Shown here: piece by piece, positions 27,006 to 37,025 of the stretch
How the letters are laid out: the number at the start of each line of letters is the position of its first letter
How positions within the stretch are numbered: position 1 is the stretch's first letter
Program-made: the position numbers and the translations under genes
The notes under the pieces: model-generated
What the model saw: the letters and a program-made list of their open reading frames with translations, nothing else
Database searches by the model: none
What the model was told of the DNA's origin: nothing
DNA from: Pseudomonadota bacterium
Lineage (GTDB): Bacteria; Bdellovibrionota_C; UBA2361; OMII01
Reading direction: 5' to 3'
DNA: 60,585 bases
NCBI GenBank assembly: GCA_046300175.1
Contig: JBKCMS010000066.1
Location: forward strand, 1-60,585

Positions 27006-28847
27006 ATGTGTGGTATTGTTGGATACGTTGGTACTCAAGATGCACTGCCAGTTCTTTTAGGTGGGCTAGAGGCTCTTGAGTATCGCGGGTACGATTCCTC
27101 CGGTGTGGCGCTCTATCGGGCTGGCGAGGTGGAGATCACCCGCGCAACCGGCAAGCTATCAGAGCTAAAGAAGATATTCCGCGAACGCGGAGCAGCAAAG
27201 GAGGGGGTAAGCACCCTTGGTATCGGACATACTCGCTGGGCAACTCACGGCAGACCAACCGAAAATAATGCGCATCCACACTCGGCAGGTCGGGTGAGTT
27301 TGATCCACAACGGCATTATTGAGAACTATCTTGAGCTCAGGGCGGAACTACAGAGGAAGGGGTGTGTTTTTAAATCTGAGACCGACACGGAGGTAGCAGC
27401 ACATCTGTTAAATCAGCTTCTTGAGCAGGGGGTAGAGCCACTTGAGGCGATGAGACGTATGTGCGCTTCTGTCCGGGGGAGCTACGCGTTTCTGGCGATC
27501 GACTCGCAGAGTCCAGATCGAATCTTTGTCGCTAAGAATTCTACGCCGATTATTATCGGTCGCGGAGAGGGAGAGAATTTTGTGGCGAGCGACATTCCGG
27601 CGCTCCTCCCGCACACCCGTAATATAATAGTTTTAGAGGATGGTGACCTAGCTGAGGTAAGTAGCGATTCTGTTTATATCGAGAACGGTGGGGCGCCTGT
27701 ACAGCGGCGACAGGAGCGTGTTTCGTGGGATCCAATAACAGCCCAGAAGGGTGGTTTTAAGCACTTTATGCTCAAGGAGATATACGACCAACCGCAGGCG
27801 GTTGCAGATACTCTTCGTGGTCGATTTTCTGCGGAAACCGGAAGTGTTGTGCTCCCCGAGTTGTCTGCTTTGGAAGCCGTAGCGCCAAGGCTTAAACGTG
27901 TCGTGCTCGTAGCTTGTGGTACGGCGTGGCATGCGTGTCTTGAGGGGAAATTCTTTATAGAGCGTTTTGCTAAGATTCCATGCGACGTCGATTACGCATC
28001 AGAGTTCAGGTATCGGTCGCACCTGCTCGATGCCGACACGTTGGTACTTGCTGTGTCTCAGTCAGGGGAGACCCTCGACACCTTAGGTGCCATCGAGTGT
28101 GCACGTGGAATCGCTCCGACACTTGTTGTGAGTAACGTGGTTGGTTCTTCGATGAGTCGACGGGCAGACATGGTGCTTTATACCCACGCAGGGCCAGAGA
28201 TAAGTGTGGCCTCAACCAAGGCTTTCACTACGCAGCTGATAGCTTTAGAGCTGCTGGCGTTGTTTTTGGCGGAGCGGCGAGGAGTAATGTCTGCAGATGA
28301 GCGCCGCACTATCTTGCAATCATTGGTGAACACCTCTGGTGCCGTCACTCAAGCTCTCAAAGTTGACAGTGATGTACTGGCGGCTGCGAAAAAAGTTTCT
28401 GGAGCGCGTGATTTTCTATTTCTGGGTCGGGGCACCTGCTATCCGATCGCCCTTGAGGGGGCTCTCAAGCTGAAAGAGATATCGTACATCCATGCAGAGG
28501 GGTACCCAGCGGGAGAGATGAAGCACGGGCCGATAGCTCTTATAGATGAGCGGATGCCGGTGGTTGTTGTCCTGCAACGGGACTCGCTGTTGTTTGAAAA
28601 GACCCTCTCAAACCTCAAGGAGGTCGAGGCTCGTGGGGCGCGTGTTATCGTTGTTACTGATGCATCTGATGACCGGCTGGCTGGAGCTCCGGCTGAGTCG
28701 ATTGTTAAGGTGCCGTTTGTATCAAATGAGCTTAGTCCGCTGCTGCTTAATATCCCTTTACAGCTACTGGCGTACCACGTGGCGGTGATGAATGGTACAG
28801 ATGTGGACCTGCCTCGTAACCTGGCTAAGAGTGTAACTGTTGAGTAG
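27006..28847 (+). CDS. glmS: glutamine-fructose-6-phosphate transaminase
   Basis: MCGIVG, EYRGYDS, HTRWATHG, SQSGET, PRNLAKSVTVE. Confidence 0.98.
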   Translation: MCGIVGYVGTQDALPVLLGGLEALEYRGYDSSGVALYRAGEVEITRATGKLSELKKIFRERGAAKEGVSTLGIGHTRWATHGRPTENNAHPHSAGRVSLIHNGIIENYLELRAELQRKGCVFKSETDTEVAAHLLNQLLEQGVEPLEAMRRMCASVRGSYAFLAIDSQSPDRIFVAKNSTPIIIGRGEGENFVASDIPALLPHTRNIIVLEDGDLAEVSSDSVYIENGGAPVQRRQERVSWDPITAQKGGFKHFMLKEIYDQPQAVADTLRGRFSAETGSVVLPELSALEAVAPRLKRVVLVACGTAWHACLEGKFFIERFAKIPCDVDYASEFRYRSHLLDADTLVLAVSQSGETLDTLGAIECARGIAPTLVVSNVVGSSMSRRADMVLYTHAGPEISVASTKAFTTQLIALELLALFLAERRGVMSADERRTILQSLVNTSGAVTQALKVDSDVLAAAKKVSGARDFLFLGRGTCYPIALEGALKLKEISYIHAEGYPAGEMKHGPIALIDERMPVVVVLQRDSLLFEKTLSNLKEVEARGARVIVVTDASDDRLAGAPAESIVKVPFVSNELSPLLLNIPLQLLAYHVAVMNGTDVDLPRNLAKSVTVE

Positions 28848-29043
28848 GCGTTTAGTAATGCCTTGAAATAACAATATAATTCCAAAAAACGGCAGCTGCG
28901 AGTCCAAAATAGCGCATCTGGCCGAAATCACAGCGACTTTTGACTTGCGGATCCATTGTGGCCCACCCTAAAGGCTATTTTTAGCTCGGGGCGAGTGGTA
29001 GCACTTTTTTTAAAAAAATAGCGTTGAGAATCTATTTAATGCG

Positions 29044-29098
29044 TTGACGCATACGACTACCGGCTGTAGTCTGGTGGTATGAAGTGGGTCATGGTGGT
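29044..29098 (+). promoter_or_regulatory. mraZ/dcw promoter with three MraZ-binding boxes
   Basis: TTGACG-17 bp-TAGTCT followed by GTGGT/GTGGG/GTGGT at 29074, 29084 and 29094. The exact 10-bp period matches the known MraZ operator arrangement. Confidence 0.75.
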
Positions 29099-29190
29099 AT
29101 TTTGACCCATTATTCTCTCGGTTGTGTTCTCATTGTTAAGTTCGGTTGTTAGTTCGGTTGTTATTCCCCTAAACGGCGGCGGATCTGTGG

Positions 29191-29733
29191 ATGATGGAAA
29201 AGCAGGAGGGGCAGAAGGGTTCTGATTTATCTGAGCGTTCTGCGCCTCCTGCTCGTTCACCATCCCGTCCGCCGTTTGTTTCTTTTCGGGGTAACTGTGT
29301 CCACACGCTCGATGATAAAGGGCGTATCAGTCTTCCAAGTGAGTTCCGTAGGGTGCTCGGCGACCAGGAAAAGCGCGGAGTCGTTCTCACCAATTACATA
29401 TCTGAAGGCTCGCGTTGTATCGAGGGTTTTAGCCTCGGAGAGTGGGAGGATTTCGAAGCGCGACTCCGAGAGAAGAGTCGATTTAGTAGCAAGCTTCAGC
29501 GCCTTGAGAATTTTTACCTCAGCCGCGCTTCCGAATGTCCCATAGACAGCAATGGGCGAATTCTAGTCCCGACTTACCTGAGGGCGTATGCAGGTTTCGA
29601 TAAGGAGGTCGTGTTTACCGCCTCCATACACGGATTTCGTATGTGGGATAAACGGGTCTGGGATTCAATCTTTGCAGCCTCCGAGCAGGCTCTTTTGGAG
29701 AATCCAGACCTGTTTGCAGATGTGGATTTATGA
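29191..29733 (+). CDS. mraZ: division/cell wall cluster regulator MraZ
   Basis: Two AbrB-like repeats LDDKGRISLP and IDSNGRILVP; upstream of rsmH. Confidence 0.93.
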   Translation: MMEKQEGQKGSDLSERSAPPARSPSRPPFVSFRGNCVHTLDDKGRISLPSEFRRVLGDQEKRGVVLTNYISEGSRCIEGFSLGEWEDFEARLREKSRFSSKLQRLENFYLSRASECPIDSNGRILVPTYLRAYAGFDKEVVFTASIHGFRMWDKRVWDSIFAASEQALLENPDLFADVDL

Positions 29734-30656
29734 GTGGTGGTGACGGTGGGGCGATACATATCCCCGTTCTGCTACGCGAAGTGGTAGAGCTGATTCAAGC
29801 GGAGAAGGGTGGCATGTTCCTCGATTGTACTTTTGGTGGTGGCGGGCACACGAGGGCGATCCTCGAAGCCTCCGCTGATAATTGGGTCGTAGCGCTCGAT
29901 CGCGATCGTAGAGCGATTGAGCGGGGCGCCCGTTGGGCAGATGCTTATGGTGAGCGGCTTCAATTGATACACGCGCCTTTCTCTCAGGTACGTGAGGTCG
30001 CGGGCAGCAATAAATTTGATGGCGTGCTAGCTGATTTGGGGATGTCTACTGATCAGCTGCGTGAAGGACGGGGGTTCTCCTTCGCCGACCAGGAGGCGCT
30101 AGATATGCGGATGGATGAGGACTCGCCGATCACCGCGCAGGATTTCGTCAATAGTGCTCCGGAGCGCGAGGTATTCCTAGCTCTCGCGGAGGGAGGAGTG
30201 GGGGCAACGGCGCGGCAGCTAGCGCGGCTGCTCGTTGCGCAACGACCGTTTACTAGTGCTAAACACCTGGCGGACGTTGTGCGGGCCTCCTGGCTCGGTA
30301 AGAGGGGTGCCTCTAAGGTTCATCCAGCAACGGTAGTATTTCAGGCCTTGAGGATGAAGATAAACCGCGAGCGCGAGGAGATTGAGACACTGATGGCAGC
30401 TGTTCCCAGCTTAGTTAAAGGGGCAGGGGCACGATTGGCGGTAATAACCTTTCATTCGATCGAAGACACTTTGGTGGCGCGCGAAATGCGGCGTTGGGAA
30501 TCGGCTGGTAGTTACCCCGCATCTTGGCGTGGCGCACGCACTGAGAAGCAGATTGGGCAGTGCGTTTCGCGCAAGCCAGTGTGTCCGAGTGAAGATGAGG
30601 TGCAACACAATCCTGCTGCGCGAAGCGCGAGGCTCAGAGTGTTTCAGTTCTCGTAG
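29730..30656 (+). CDS. rsmH: 16S rRNA (C1402) methyltransferase
   Basis: HIPVL, DCTFGGGGH, LDMRMD, FQALR, FHSIED, NPAARSARLR. Confidence 0.96.
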   Translation: MSGGDGGAIHIPVLLREVVELIQAEKGGMFLDCTFGGGGHTRAILEASADNWVVALDRDRRAIERGARWADAYGERLQLIHAPFSQVREVAGSNKFDGVLADLGMSTDQLREGRGFSFADQEALDMRMDEDSPITAQDFVNSAPEREVFLALAEGGVGATARQLARLLVAQRPFTSAKHLADVVRASWLGKRGASKVHPATVVFQALRMKINREREEIETLMAAVPSLVKGAGARLAVITFHSIEDTLVAREMRRWESAGSYPASWRGARTEKQIGQCVSRKPVCPSEDEVQHNPAARSARLRVFQFS

Positions 30657-30757
30657 GGGTTTGGGAAATTATTTTTGAAGTAGAAAATTAAGGCGATGTC
30701 ACTTTTGGTAGCGACAGAAAACTAAGAACAAAGTACATTATAAAAATTAAGGGTTTT

Positions 30758-31075
30758 ATGGCAGTGTGTTTGCAGTATCAGTCGGTTTACGTAAAGCGAG
30801 AAGCTGCGGTCGTGTCCCTCCGGGTTCAGGTGGTAGCGGCGGTGGCGCTTCTTGTGGTCCTGGGTGCCAAAGTGTGGATGAAGCTGGAGGCAACGGATGT
30901 TGGCTATCAGTTAGCTCGGGAGCGAGCCCGCACGGTAGAGCTGGATATGGAAAGGCGCGAATTGGAGTTGCAACGCTCGGTGTTGCTGCGGCCAGATTCT
31001 CTCACGACCTCGGCTCGGAAGATGGCTCGGCTTGAGGACCACACCTCCGGGAGAAGCTTTCGACTCTCTTACTAA
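30758..31075 (+). CDS. ftsL: cell division protein FtsL-like
   Basis: TM helix plus coiled coil; position between rsmH and ftsI. Confidence 0.72.
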   Translation: MAVCLQYQSVYVKREAAVVSLRVQVVAAVALLVVLGAKVWMKLEATDVGYQLARERARTVELDMERRELELQRSVLLRPDSLTTSARKMARLEDHTSGRSFRLSY

Positions 31076-31181
31076 GAGCCGGCTAGCGACTGTAAGAGAG
31101 CTGAATCTCGAACGCGACACTAGCGCTGCTGACTTCGAGCTAAAGACTTAGAGCTAATGCCTTAGAGATGGGGCCTACCAG

Positions 31182-33110
31182 ATGGTCGCGCAGTTTAAAC
31201 TTCCTTTTGATTCATCGGCACTAGAGGCCCGCAGGTTGACGCAACCTGAAGGAGGGGCCGTTTCCCAGCGTAAGGAGTCACTTGTTGGCGTAGACTTTGC
31301 GATGCTGCGCAAACAGCCAACTTCAATTGCATCACTTGCAGTTAAGCGACCCATGCGTTTACGCATGATTGGTTTCTTTGCTTTGGTGTGGACGGGGGTG
31401 CTGGTTGCCAGGATGTACAGTTTGCAGGTCTCCGATTATGAGCGCTGGCAGGAATGGGCGATCAAACAACATGTAGCTGATGTTGAGATAGCCTCTGAGC
31501 GCGGGCCAATCATCGATCGAAACGGCAAGCTAGTCGCTGTCTCGGTGCCTGCCGAATCGATCTATGTCAGACCGCGTCAGGTCAAGGACAAGCAGCGGGT
31601 GGTCAAGGAGCTGTCTAAGATACTTAAAGTAAAGCCGACATTGGTGGCAGAAAAGCTCATCAGCAAGCAACCCTTTGTGTGGGTCAAACGTCAGATGCCA
31701 CGCCATGAGGCCCGCAAGATCACCGAGCTTAACCTGCCCGGTATAGGTAGCGTTCTGGAATCTAGACGATTCTATCCTTATAACAACGCAGCAAGTGCGC
31801 TAATCGGAAAAGTTGGGGTCGATGGAGTCGGGCTCTCTGGAATCGAGAGTGTCTACGAGAGGCGGCTTCGCGAGGAGCACATGAAGACTCGCGCGGGACG
31901 CGATGCTTTCGGAAAGATTATTCATACCGGTGTTGCCGATGAGAGTGAGCCGTTTGCTCCGCCTCGCGGGCATGAGCTAAAGCTTACCATCGATGCGGAT
32001 TTGCAGATCATCATGGACGAGGAGCTTGAGGTTGGGCGCAAGGAAGCCAATGCTAAGCAGGCTATGGCGGTAATGATCGACTCTGACACCGGGGAGATTA
32101 TCGCGCTCAGCCAATCGCCGAGCTTTAATTTCAATAATCCCTCCAAGTCCTCGAAGAACGAGCTGCGAAACCTTCTTGTAGAGGCGGTTTTTGAACCTGG
32201 ATCTGTGATGAAGCCGATGGTTGCCGCAGCTGCTGTGGATGCTGGAGTGGTCAGTTCGAAAGAGATGATCAACTGCGAAAATGGGAGATTTCCCTTCTCT
32301 AAACACACCATAAAGGACGTGCATCCGTCCGGTATTATCCCTTTTTATGATGTAGTGGTTAGGTCATCGAATATAGGTATGACCAAGGTGGGTATTCGAA
32401 TGGGGAGTGAGCGCCTCTACTCATACCTACGGCGTTTCGGTTTTGGCCAGTCTAGTGAATTGGGGCTTCCCGGGGAATCCTCTGGTATTCTAAGGCCGGA
32501 GCCGGCCTGGAGTAAGGTAGATGTTGCCACCCATTCGTTCGGACAGGGGGTGGCTGTCACCCCGCTTCAGGTCGTACGAGCTGTGGCTGCTATCGCCAAT
32601 GGTGGGATACTCCCAGAGCTTTCAGTGGTTATCGACGAAGGTGGGATTCCAGAGGGGCGTAGGATTATCTCTGAGAAGGCTGCCGATGCAGCACGAGAGA
32701 TGATGTACGGAGTAGTCGAGGATAAGCACGGAACAGGTGCCAAAGCTGTAATTCCCGAGCTTAGGGTGGGTGGCAAGACCGGTACCGCCCAGAAAGCTAA
32801 TCCGAACGGTAGGGGTTATCAGGCTGGGGTTTACGTCGCATCCTTTGTAGGATTTGCAGATGGCGCGCCGCTCGGAGTGGGAAGAAATCTAACTGCTATG
32901 GTGATTATCGATGAGCCGCATGCCAAAAGTATCTACGGCGGAACTCTCGCTGCGCCGGTTTTTCAACGTGTAATGGACAGAAGCTTTCGATTCCTGGCAA
33001 CAAAGAGCCAGCTTGGAGTAGGTCGTAATCGCGAGCCGATGGTGCTCGACAATCCGCCGATAAAGATTCGGGACGAGGATCTGTTTGCGGCATCTTACAA
33101 GGTACCATAG
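31182..33110 (+). CDS. ftsI: class B penicillin-binding protein (PBP3); start uncertain
   Basis: RGPIIDRNG, EPGSVMK (SxxK), SSN (SxN), GKTGTAQ; dcw position. Confidence 0.93.
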   Translation: MVAQFKLPFDSSALEARRLTQPEGGAVSQRKESLVGVDFAMLRKQPTSIASLAVKRPMRLRMIGFFALVWTGVLVARMYSLQVSDYERWQEWAIKQHVADVEIASERGPIIDRNGKLVAVSVPAESIYVRPRQVKDKQRVVKELSKILKVKPTLVAEKLISKQPFVWVKRQMPRHEARKITELNLPGIGSVLESRRFYPYNNAASALIGKVGVDGVGLSGIESVYERRLREEHMKTRAGRDAFGKIIHTGVADESEPFAPPRGHELKLTIDADLQIIMDEELEVGRKEANAKQAMAVMIDSDTGEIIALSQSPSFNFNNPSKSSKNELRNLLVEAVFEPGSVMKPMVAAAAVDAGVVSSKEMINCENGRFPFSKHTIKDVHPSGIIPFYDVVVRSSNIGMTKVGIRMGSERLYSYLRRFGFGQSSELGLPGESSGILRPEPAWSKVDVATHSFGQGVAVTPLQVVRAVAAIANGGILPELSVVIDEGGIPEGRRIISEKAADAAREMMYGVVEDKHGTGAKAVIPELRVGGKTGTAQKANPNGRGYQAGVYVASFVGFADGAPLGVGRNLTAMVIIDEPHAKSIYGGTLAAPVFQRVMDRSFRFLATKSQLGVGRNREPMVLDNPPIKIRDEDLFAASYKVP

Positions 33111-33125
33111 GGATAAACTCGCAAA

Positions 33126-33860
33126 ATGGCCGATTATTCCGAGTATCTTGACAGAATATCTTCGCAGCAGACGTTCAAGCGTAAGTGTGCATGGCTCAGC
33201 CATAATTTTGGCCGGTTTTTTGCGGAGGGACAACGGGTTCTAGAGATCGGTCCGGGGCTCGGAGAGTTTCTTCAATTTTTGAAAGAGCGCGGCATAACGA
33301 CGATCGATGTGGTTGATCGTGACCGGGGAGTTTTGGAGCTAATCAAATCCCGATTTTCGGTTAGGCACGCTTGGATGTGTTCAGCAGAGGATATCTCTAC
33401 GCTAGATCAGCAGCTTGAGCAGTACGATCGTATATTTCTTTTGCAGGTGATGGAGCACATAGAGACTCATCACCTGCAGAGTTTCCTGAGGACCCTCTAT
33501 CGCCACTTAGCGCCCGGCGGAATGATTCTTATAACAGTGCCAAATGGCGGTAATCCACTGAGTATCGTTGAGCGGTATTCCGACATTACCCATCACAACC
33601 TTTTCAGTGAGAACTCTCTTCGTGAGCTAGTGGATTTAACTGAATTGCCAGGCTCTGAGTGTAGAATACAGGGGTACAGAATTCCTCCGGTCTCTTTGGT
33701 TGATGTAATCCGGATCGGATTACAGAAGGTATTGCATCTCATACTTAAAGGTCTGCTGGTGATTAATGGAGGAGTTTTCTTCTCAGTTTATGAACCGAAT
33801 ATCACCCTGATTATCGAGAAGACAGGGGCGACTCCAAATTCTAAGAACGTAACTGAATAG
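33126..33860 (+). CDS. class I SAM-dependent methyltransferase
   Basis: VLEIGPGLG, YDRIFLLQVMEH, LAPGG. Confidence 0.88.
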   Translation: MADYSEYLDRISSQQTFKRKCAWLSHNFGRFFAEGQRVLEIGPGLGEFLQFLKERGITTIDVVDRDRGVLELIKSRFSVRHAWMCSAEDISTLDQQLEQYDRIFLLQVMEHIETHHLQSFLRTLYRHLAPGGMILITVPNGGNPLSIVERYSDITHHNLFSENSLRELVDLTELPGSECRIQGYRIPPVSLVDVIRIGLQKVLHLILKGLLVINGGVFFSVYEPNITLIIEKTGATPNSKNVTE

Positions 33861-33878
33861 TGTACTGGCCTGGAGGCC

Positions 33879-35096
33879 GTGGCGATGCCGATAGCAGCGG
33901 TTCTCTTTCTTACGGTGGTTAATCTCCTGAATTATTTTGACCGCTATATCGTTCAATCGGTTGAGCCCAGTATTACCAAAGAGTTCCAACTCACGAACAC
34001 GCAAGCCGGCTACGTGGTATCGGCTTTTGTTCTCGGTTACTTCATCTTTTCCCCCGTATTTGGTTATCTGGGTGATAGGTTTGATCGGCGTCGAGTGATG
34101 GCAGTCGGGTTGTTGGCTTGGAGCGCGGCTACTGCGATGACATCGTGGGCAGGCAGCTTGGCAACATTTGCCTTGGCTAGAATCTTAGTTGGAGTAGGAG
34201 AGGCTTGTTACGGTGCGATAGTTCCAGCCTATTTAAAGGCTAGAATCCCAGATACCCTTGAACTTAACCGCGGGCTATCAATCTTTTATGTGGCGATACC
34301 TGTTGGTTCGGCTCTGGGTTACATAGCGGGCGGGCAGATCGCGGCGGCATACGGTTGGCGAACTCTATTTCTTCTAGCTGCACTACCGGGGATGATTCTG
34401 GCGCTTGGTTTTTTGTTTCTAAAAGGTGATGGCCTAGCCCAGACGAGGGCATCGGATCGAAATTCCGTGGGGCTCCTTGGCGGTTTGAAACAGATTGCGC
34501 GGAGCCGTTTCCTAGTTCTGATGATCCTTGGTTATGTGCTAAACACCTTCGCGCTTAATGGCATAGCAGCTTTTGCGGTTCGTCACGGGACCAACTTGGG
34601 GCTTTCAGAGGCTTCGTCGGCTACATACTTTGGCGTCATCCTGGTTATAACCGGTCTGTTGGGAACCCTAGGAGGTGGATTTCTCGCTTCAAAGCTCGCC
34701 TCTGGGGTGGCTGATTCAGTACCAGGGTTGGTGCGCTTTGTGGCTTGGACAACGATTGCGGCTGTACCGTTTCTTGGTCTGTGTTTCATCTTCAATTCAG
34801 TGCAGCTGTTTTTATCGGGATGTTTTCTAGCCGAGCTTTTGATATTTGCAGGAGTCGCTCCACTAAACTCAGTGCTAGTTGCGCGAGCCCCTGTCGGCTT
34901 TGAGTCATTGACGCAGGGTATAACTATCTTCGCGATCCAGCTGTTTGGCGGATTTCTGGGCCCAGTAGTGGTCGGGGCCCTAGCAGACTGGACTGGAAGT
35001 CTCTCGTTGGCTCTGCAAGGCACAACCCTGGCGCTAATGGCCTCAGGAGGTGTGTGGTGCCTGGCAATCGGCCTTAAAAGGAACGCCCTAAGCTGA
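33879..35096 (+). CDS. MFS transporter (spinster-like)
   Basis: NLLNYFDRY, GYLGDRFDRR, RILVGVGEA, multi-TM. Confidence 0.9.
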   Translation: MAMPIAAVLFLTVVNLLNYFDRYIVQSVEPSITKEFQLTNTQAGYVVSAFVLGYFIFSPVFGYLGDRFDRRRVMAVGLLAWSAATAMTSWAGSLATFALARILVGVGEACYGAIVPAYLKARIPDTLELNRGLSIFYVAIPVGSALGYIAGGQIAAAYGWRTLFLLAALPGMILALGFLFLKGDGLAQTRASDRNSVGLLGGLKQIARSRFLVLMILGYVLNTFALNGIAAFAVRHGTNLGLSEASSATYFGVILVITGLLGTLGGGFLASKLASGVADSVPGLVRFVAWTTIAAVPFLGLCFIFNSVQLFLSGCFLAELLIFAGVAPLNSVLVARAPVGFESLTQGITIFAIQLFGGFLGPVVVGALADWTGSLSLALQGTTLALMASGGVWCLAIGLKRNALS

Positions 35097-36317
35097 GTTG
35101 GCGGCATAGCTTCCGAGCTGGGGATCGAGTGTAACCCCGAAGATCCCAGGCGCGTAGCGCCGAGCTAGATCTTGTGAGCGCTTGGCGAAGCCCCCTGAGT
35201 TCATAATAAAGGAGAGCGCCTGATTGATACTCGGCAATGCCTCTGGCCAGTCCGGTCGGATCGCAAATGAGTTGTCGCAGATATCGATCATCGTCGCCCG
35301 TTCACTAAAAAGTGGACGCAAGTCCTTCTTATGAGCTTGCGAGAGCTGGTAGGTATTCATCGAGTTACAGATGAATATGTGAGCTGGACGTGAGACTCCC
35401 TTCAGTAGTACTCGGTCGAGTCCTTCGTCGATCGTTTCACAGATCACTAGTGCCGTATCGGGCCGATTGAGGCGGGTATTGGCGATCAGGTGCGCCCGGC
35501 TATCTTTGATCACGGCGATTCGGTAGTCCGGATTCCGCAGATCCTCGAACGTTTTAGGCTCATCCATCTTGGAGATACCCCCGGTCTCTCGTAAACGCAT
35601 TAATGCTGATATCCCGATCCTATTCACCGGTAAAGAGAACAGGATATTCGAAGGCGCGTGCGGTATGGCGAGCATCGGACCGAAGAGATCGATCTCACCA
35701 CGGCAAAGTTTATCAACATGCCGGTGGAATGAGACCGGAGTGGCTTGAATCGGGCAACGTAGAAAGGTCTCAAGGTATGCGCACAGCTCAGGAACGAGAC
35801 CACGTGACGGATCGATAGATCCATCGCTATTGGTATCAAAGAGCCATGGCTGGGTTAGATTCAGACCCAAGCGCAGCGGTCGACCGTTAAGCAGATCAGT
35901 GAGAGACCGTGGACGAAACTGCTCACGTACTACAGCCTTGATAGCATCGACAAATCCGTCCATGTCCAGCTTGATGTTGAGAAATCCGTCGGCAGAAGCC
36001 TGTATCGGACTAATCGCCATCGCACTATCGAAAGGCCACGGTTCGTCTAGCCGCGCTGCTCTAAGTAGAGTCGATGGGTCCTTCATCTGAAAGTTTAAAG
36101 CCAACAAGATCAGTACTGGCTTACTTGGGATACGCCCGTAGCGCCCTACGTGTGCAAGGTATGAACGCGATACTCCGCAGCGAGCGCTAAGCTCATCGAG
36201 CCCAAGCCTGTTACGAGAGCACCAATTCTCAAGCTCTTGAGTGAATAGTCGTCTTAATTCGTTAGATGTCTCGAATTCCGCTTTCTTATTTGCCACGATC
36301 GCAACCTCCCTATGCAC
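35088..36317 (-). CDS. XRE-type HTH fused to a type-2 solute-binding-like domain
   Basis: N-terminal LDELSARCGVSRSYLAHV..G RIPS HTH; C-terminal LRLG..PW..GLVPEL..L..GEIDL pattern of amino-acid-binding proteins; no signal peptide. Confidence 0.7.
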   Translation of the reverse strand: MHREVAIVANKKAEFETSNELRRLFTQELENWCSRNRLGLDELSARCGVSRSYLAHVGRYGRIPSKPVLILLALNFQMKDPSTLLRAARLDEPWPFDSAMAISPIQASADGFLNIKLDMDGFVDAIKAVVREQFRPRSLTDLLNGRPLRLGLNLTQPWLFDTNSDGSIDPSRGLVPELCAYLETFLRCPIQATPVSFHRHVDKLCRGEIDLFGPMLAIPHAPSNILFSLPVNRIGISALMRLRETGGISKMDEPKTFEDLRNPDYRIAVIKDSRAHLIANTRLNRPDTALVICETIDEGLDRVLLKGVSRPAHIFICNSMNTYQLSQAHKKDLRPLFSERATMIDICDNSFAIRPDWPEALPSINQALSFIMNSGGFAKRSQDLARRYAPGIFGVTLDPQLGSYAANSA

Positions 36318-37025
36318 ACGGCGATTAGGAAGCTAAAAAAGTACGTTTTTTGAGCTACTGTGGTTCGCCTACCCAGGTTTAGGTACAGGGCTTGTACCAC
36401 CACATAGTCTGGATCAGGTACGGCGTGTAACAAAGGATATTATGCAGTGTGGATTCAGACGTTCTTTCAGGAGGCTACTGTGTTCTAGCGTCTTGAAACA
36501 CTTAGATTAAATTCGTTAGCTACTGAATCAATCGAACGTAGTATGGAATCTCAACAGGGGGGGTAATGAGGCCTCCTAGGGGTTGTACGGAGCGGAGGGA
36601 CGTTTTTGGTCAAGCAGGTGAATGCAGCAATAACGCGTGGGGCGTGAGCTGAGGATAGCTTTGCGACCGCCGCCATCCAGGGCTATATGCAGCTGGGTCG
36701 GACGGAATGGGTTTTAAAGGAGATTCCGGATGAAGCTAGTGCTGATGGCATGTATCTTTTTTGCAGGGGTCTACTTTGGGTTGTTTACAGATCCAGAGGG
36801 AGAACTAAGCCGAGTAATCGAGCAGCTCTATGGGCTCGTTCGCGGCGAACCGGAGTGGTAGGAAGTTAGTGAACGTGCTAACCGTCAATCCGGCTTGGTA
36901 GTTACTAATCTGGCGTCTGTATATTTTGTGCCCGCCGCTCCTTTTTTAAGGTCTTAGCATTTTAAAGTGGGTAAACAGTGGTATGCCGCGCTAGCCGCAA
37001 GGAAATACCGGCCTTGTCCTAAGCG

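Noticed and set aside
29139-29163. 12-bp tandem repeat AGTTCGGTTGTT in the mraZ leader
   Set aside because: Two units only; likely slippage with no supportable function.
36318-37025. tmRNA, RNase P or SRP RNA in the long intergenic gap
   Set aside because: No diagnostic motifs recognised by eye; an Rfam scan is needed to exclude other RNAs.
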